DNA of 63,405 nucleotides, filler included, from Octopus bimaculoides (Eukaryota): NCBI RefSeq assembly GCF_001194135.2. It is 8 parts of 7 records of this genome, joined end to end, with 100 filler letters (N's around TTAATTAATTAA, not from the genome) between each part and the next. Parts side by side here need not be neighbours in the genome. Positions count along the whole stretch, not along the records: positions 55,975 to 63,405 come from NC_068987.1; 7 more parts are not named here. The stretch is one strand, 5' to 3'. Positions within the stretch are counted from its first letter, which is position 1, and the number at the start of each line of letters is the position of its first letter. Positions 63,193-63,405 of the stretch are shown one piece after another. Both the position numbers and the translations under genes were made by a program. A model generated the notes under the pieces. The model did not search any database, had not been told where the DNA came from, and was given only the letters and a program-made list of their open reading frames with translations.

Positions 63193-63405
63193 GGTTAGTC
63201 TTTTCGGAGAAGAAGAATGGAAGAATTAAAACATATACCAAAACAGCAACAACTACAAGTATTAATATAAACACTTAAAGAACATTTAATACTATATAGA
63301 AATACTTACAATATAGTAAGGCATTCTAAATTCTTGAAGACGTTAGGTGGCAAATTTTCTAAAAGATTTGAACCAAGTTTTCTGAAAGGAAGAAAAAAAT
63401 TCTAT

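Overview
Eukaryotic, AT-rich, gap-ridden draft-assembly DNA with many N-runs and seven TTAATTAATTAA filler spacers. The repeat content and zinc-finger style suggest an octopus; that is inference, not a database result. The left half is a head-to-tail tandem array of duplicated units on the minus strand. Two units carry intact 11-finger C2H2 genes (12860-13855, 25877-26878). A third, partial unit (1767-7330) has its expected coding exon falling at a 100-N gap. Conserved blocks at about 7.0 and 22.2 kb look like a promoter (NRF1-type motif) plus a non-coding first exon. The rest is mobile DNA and microsatellites: L1/Tx1, RTE and R4/Dong-like LINEs, mariner, maT, Merlin and hAT elements, MITE-like hairpins and several tRNA-derived SINE families. 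Candidate exons of an unidentified minus-strand gene lie at 58-62 kb. The least expected signal is a set of minimal hammerhead-ribozyme motifs in three unrelated repeat families. One is near-intact with a palindromic stem III (41487-41547). One sits in the tail of a tRNA-headed SINE (41049-41094), with a second copy in a palindromic insertion just downstream of the second ZNF gene. One is a decayed relic (49115-49152). A Penelope-type endonuclease remnant lies nearby. All folds and alignments were done by eye. There is no CRISPR array, rRNA or intact tRNA gene.
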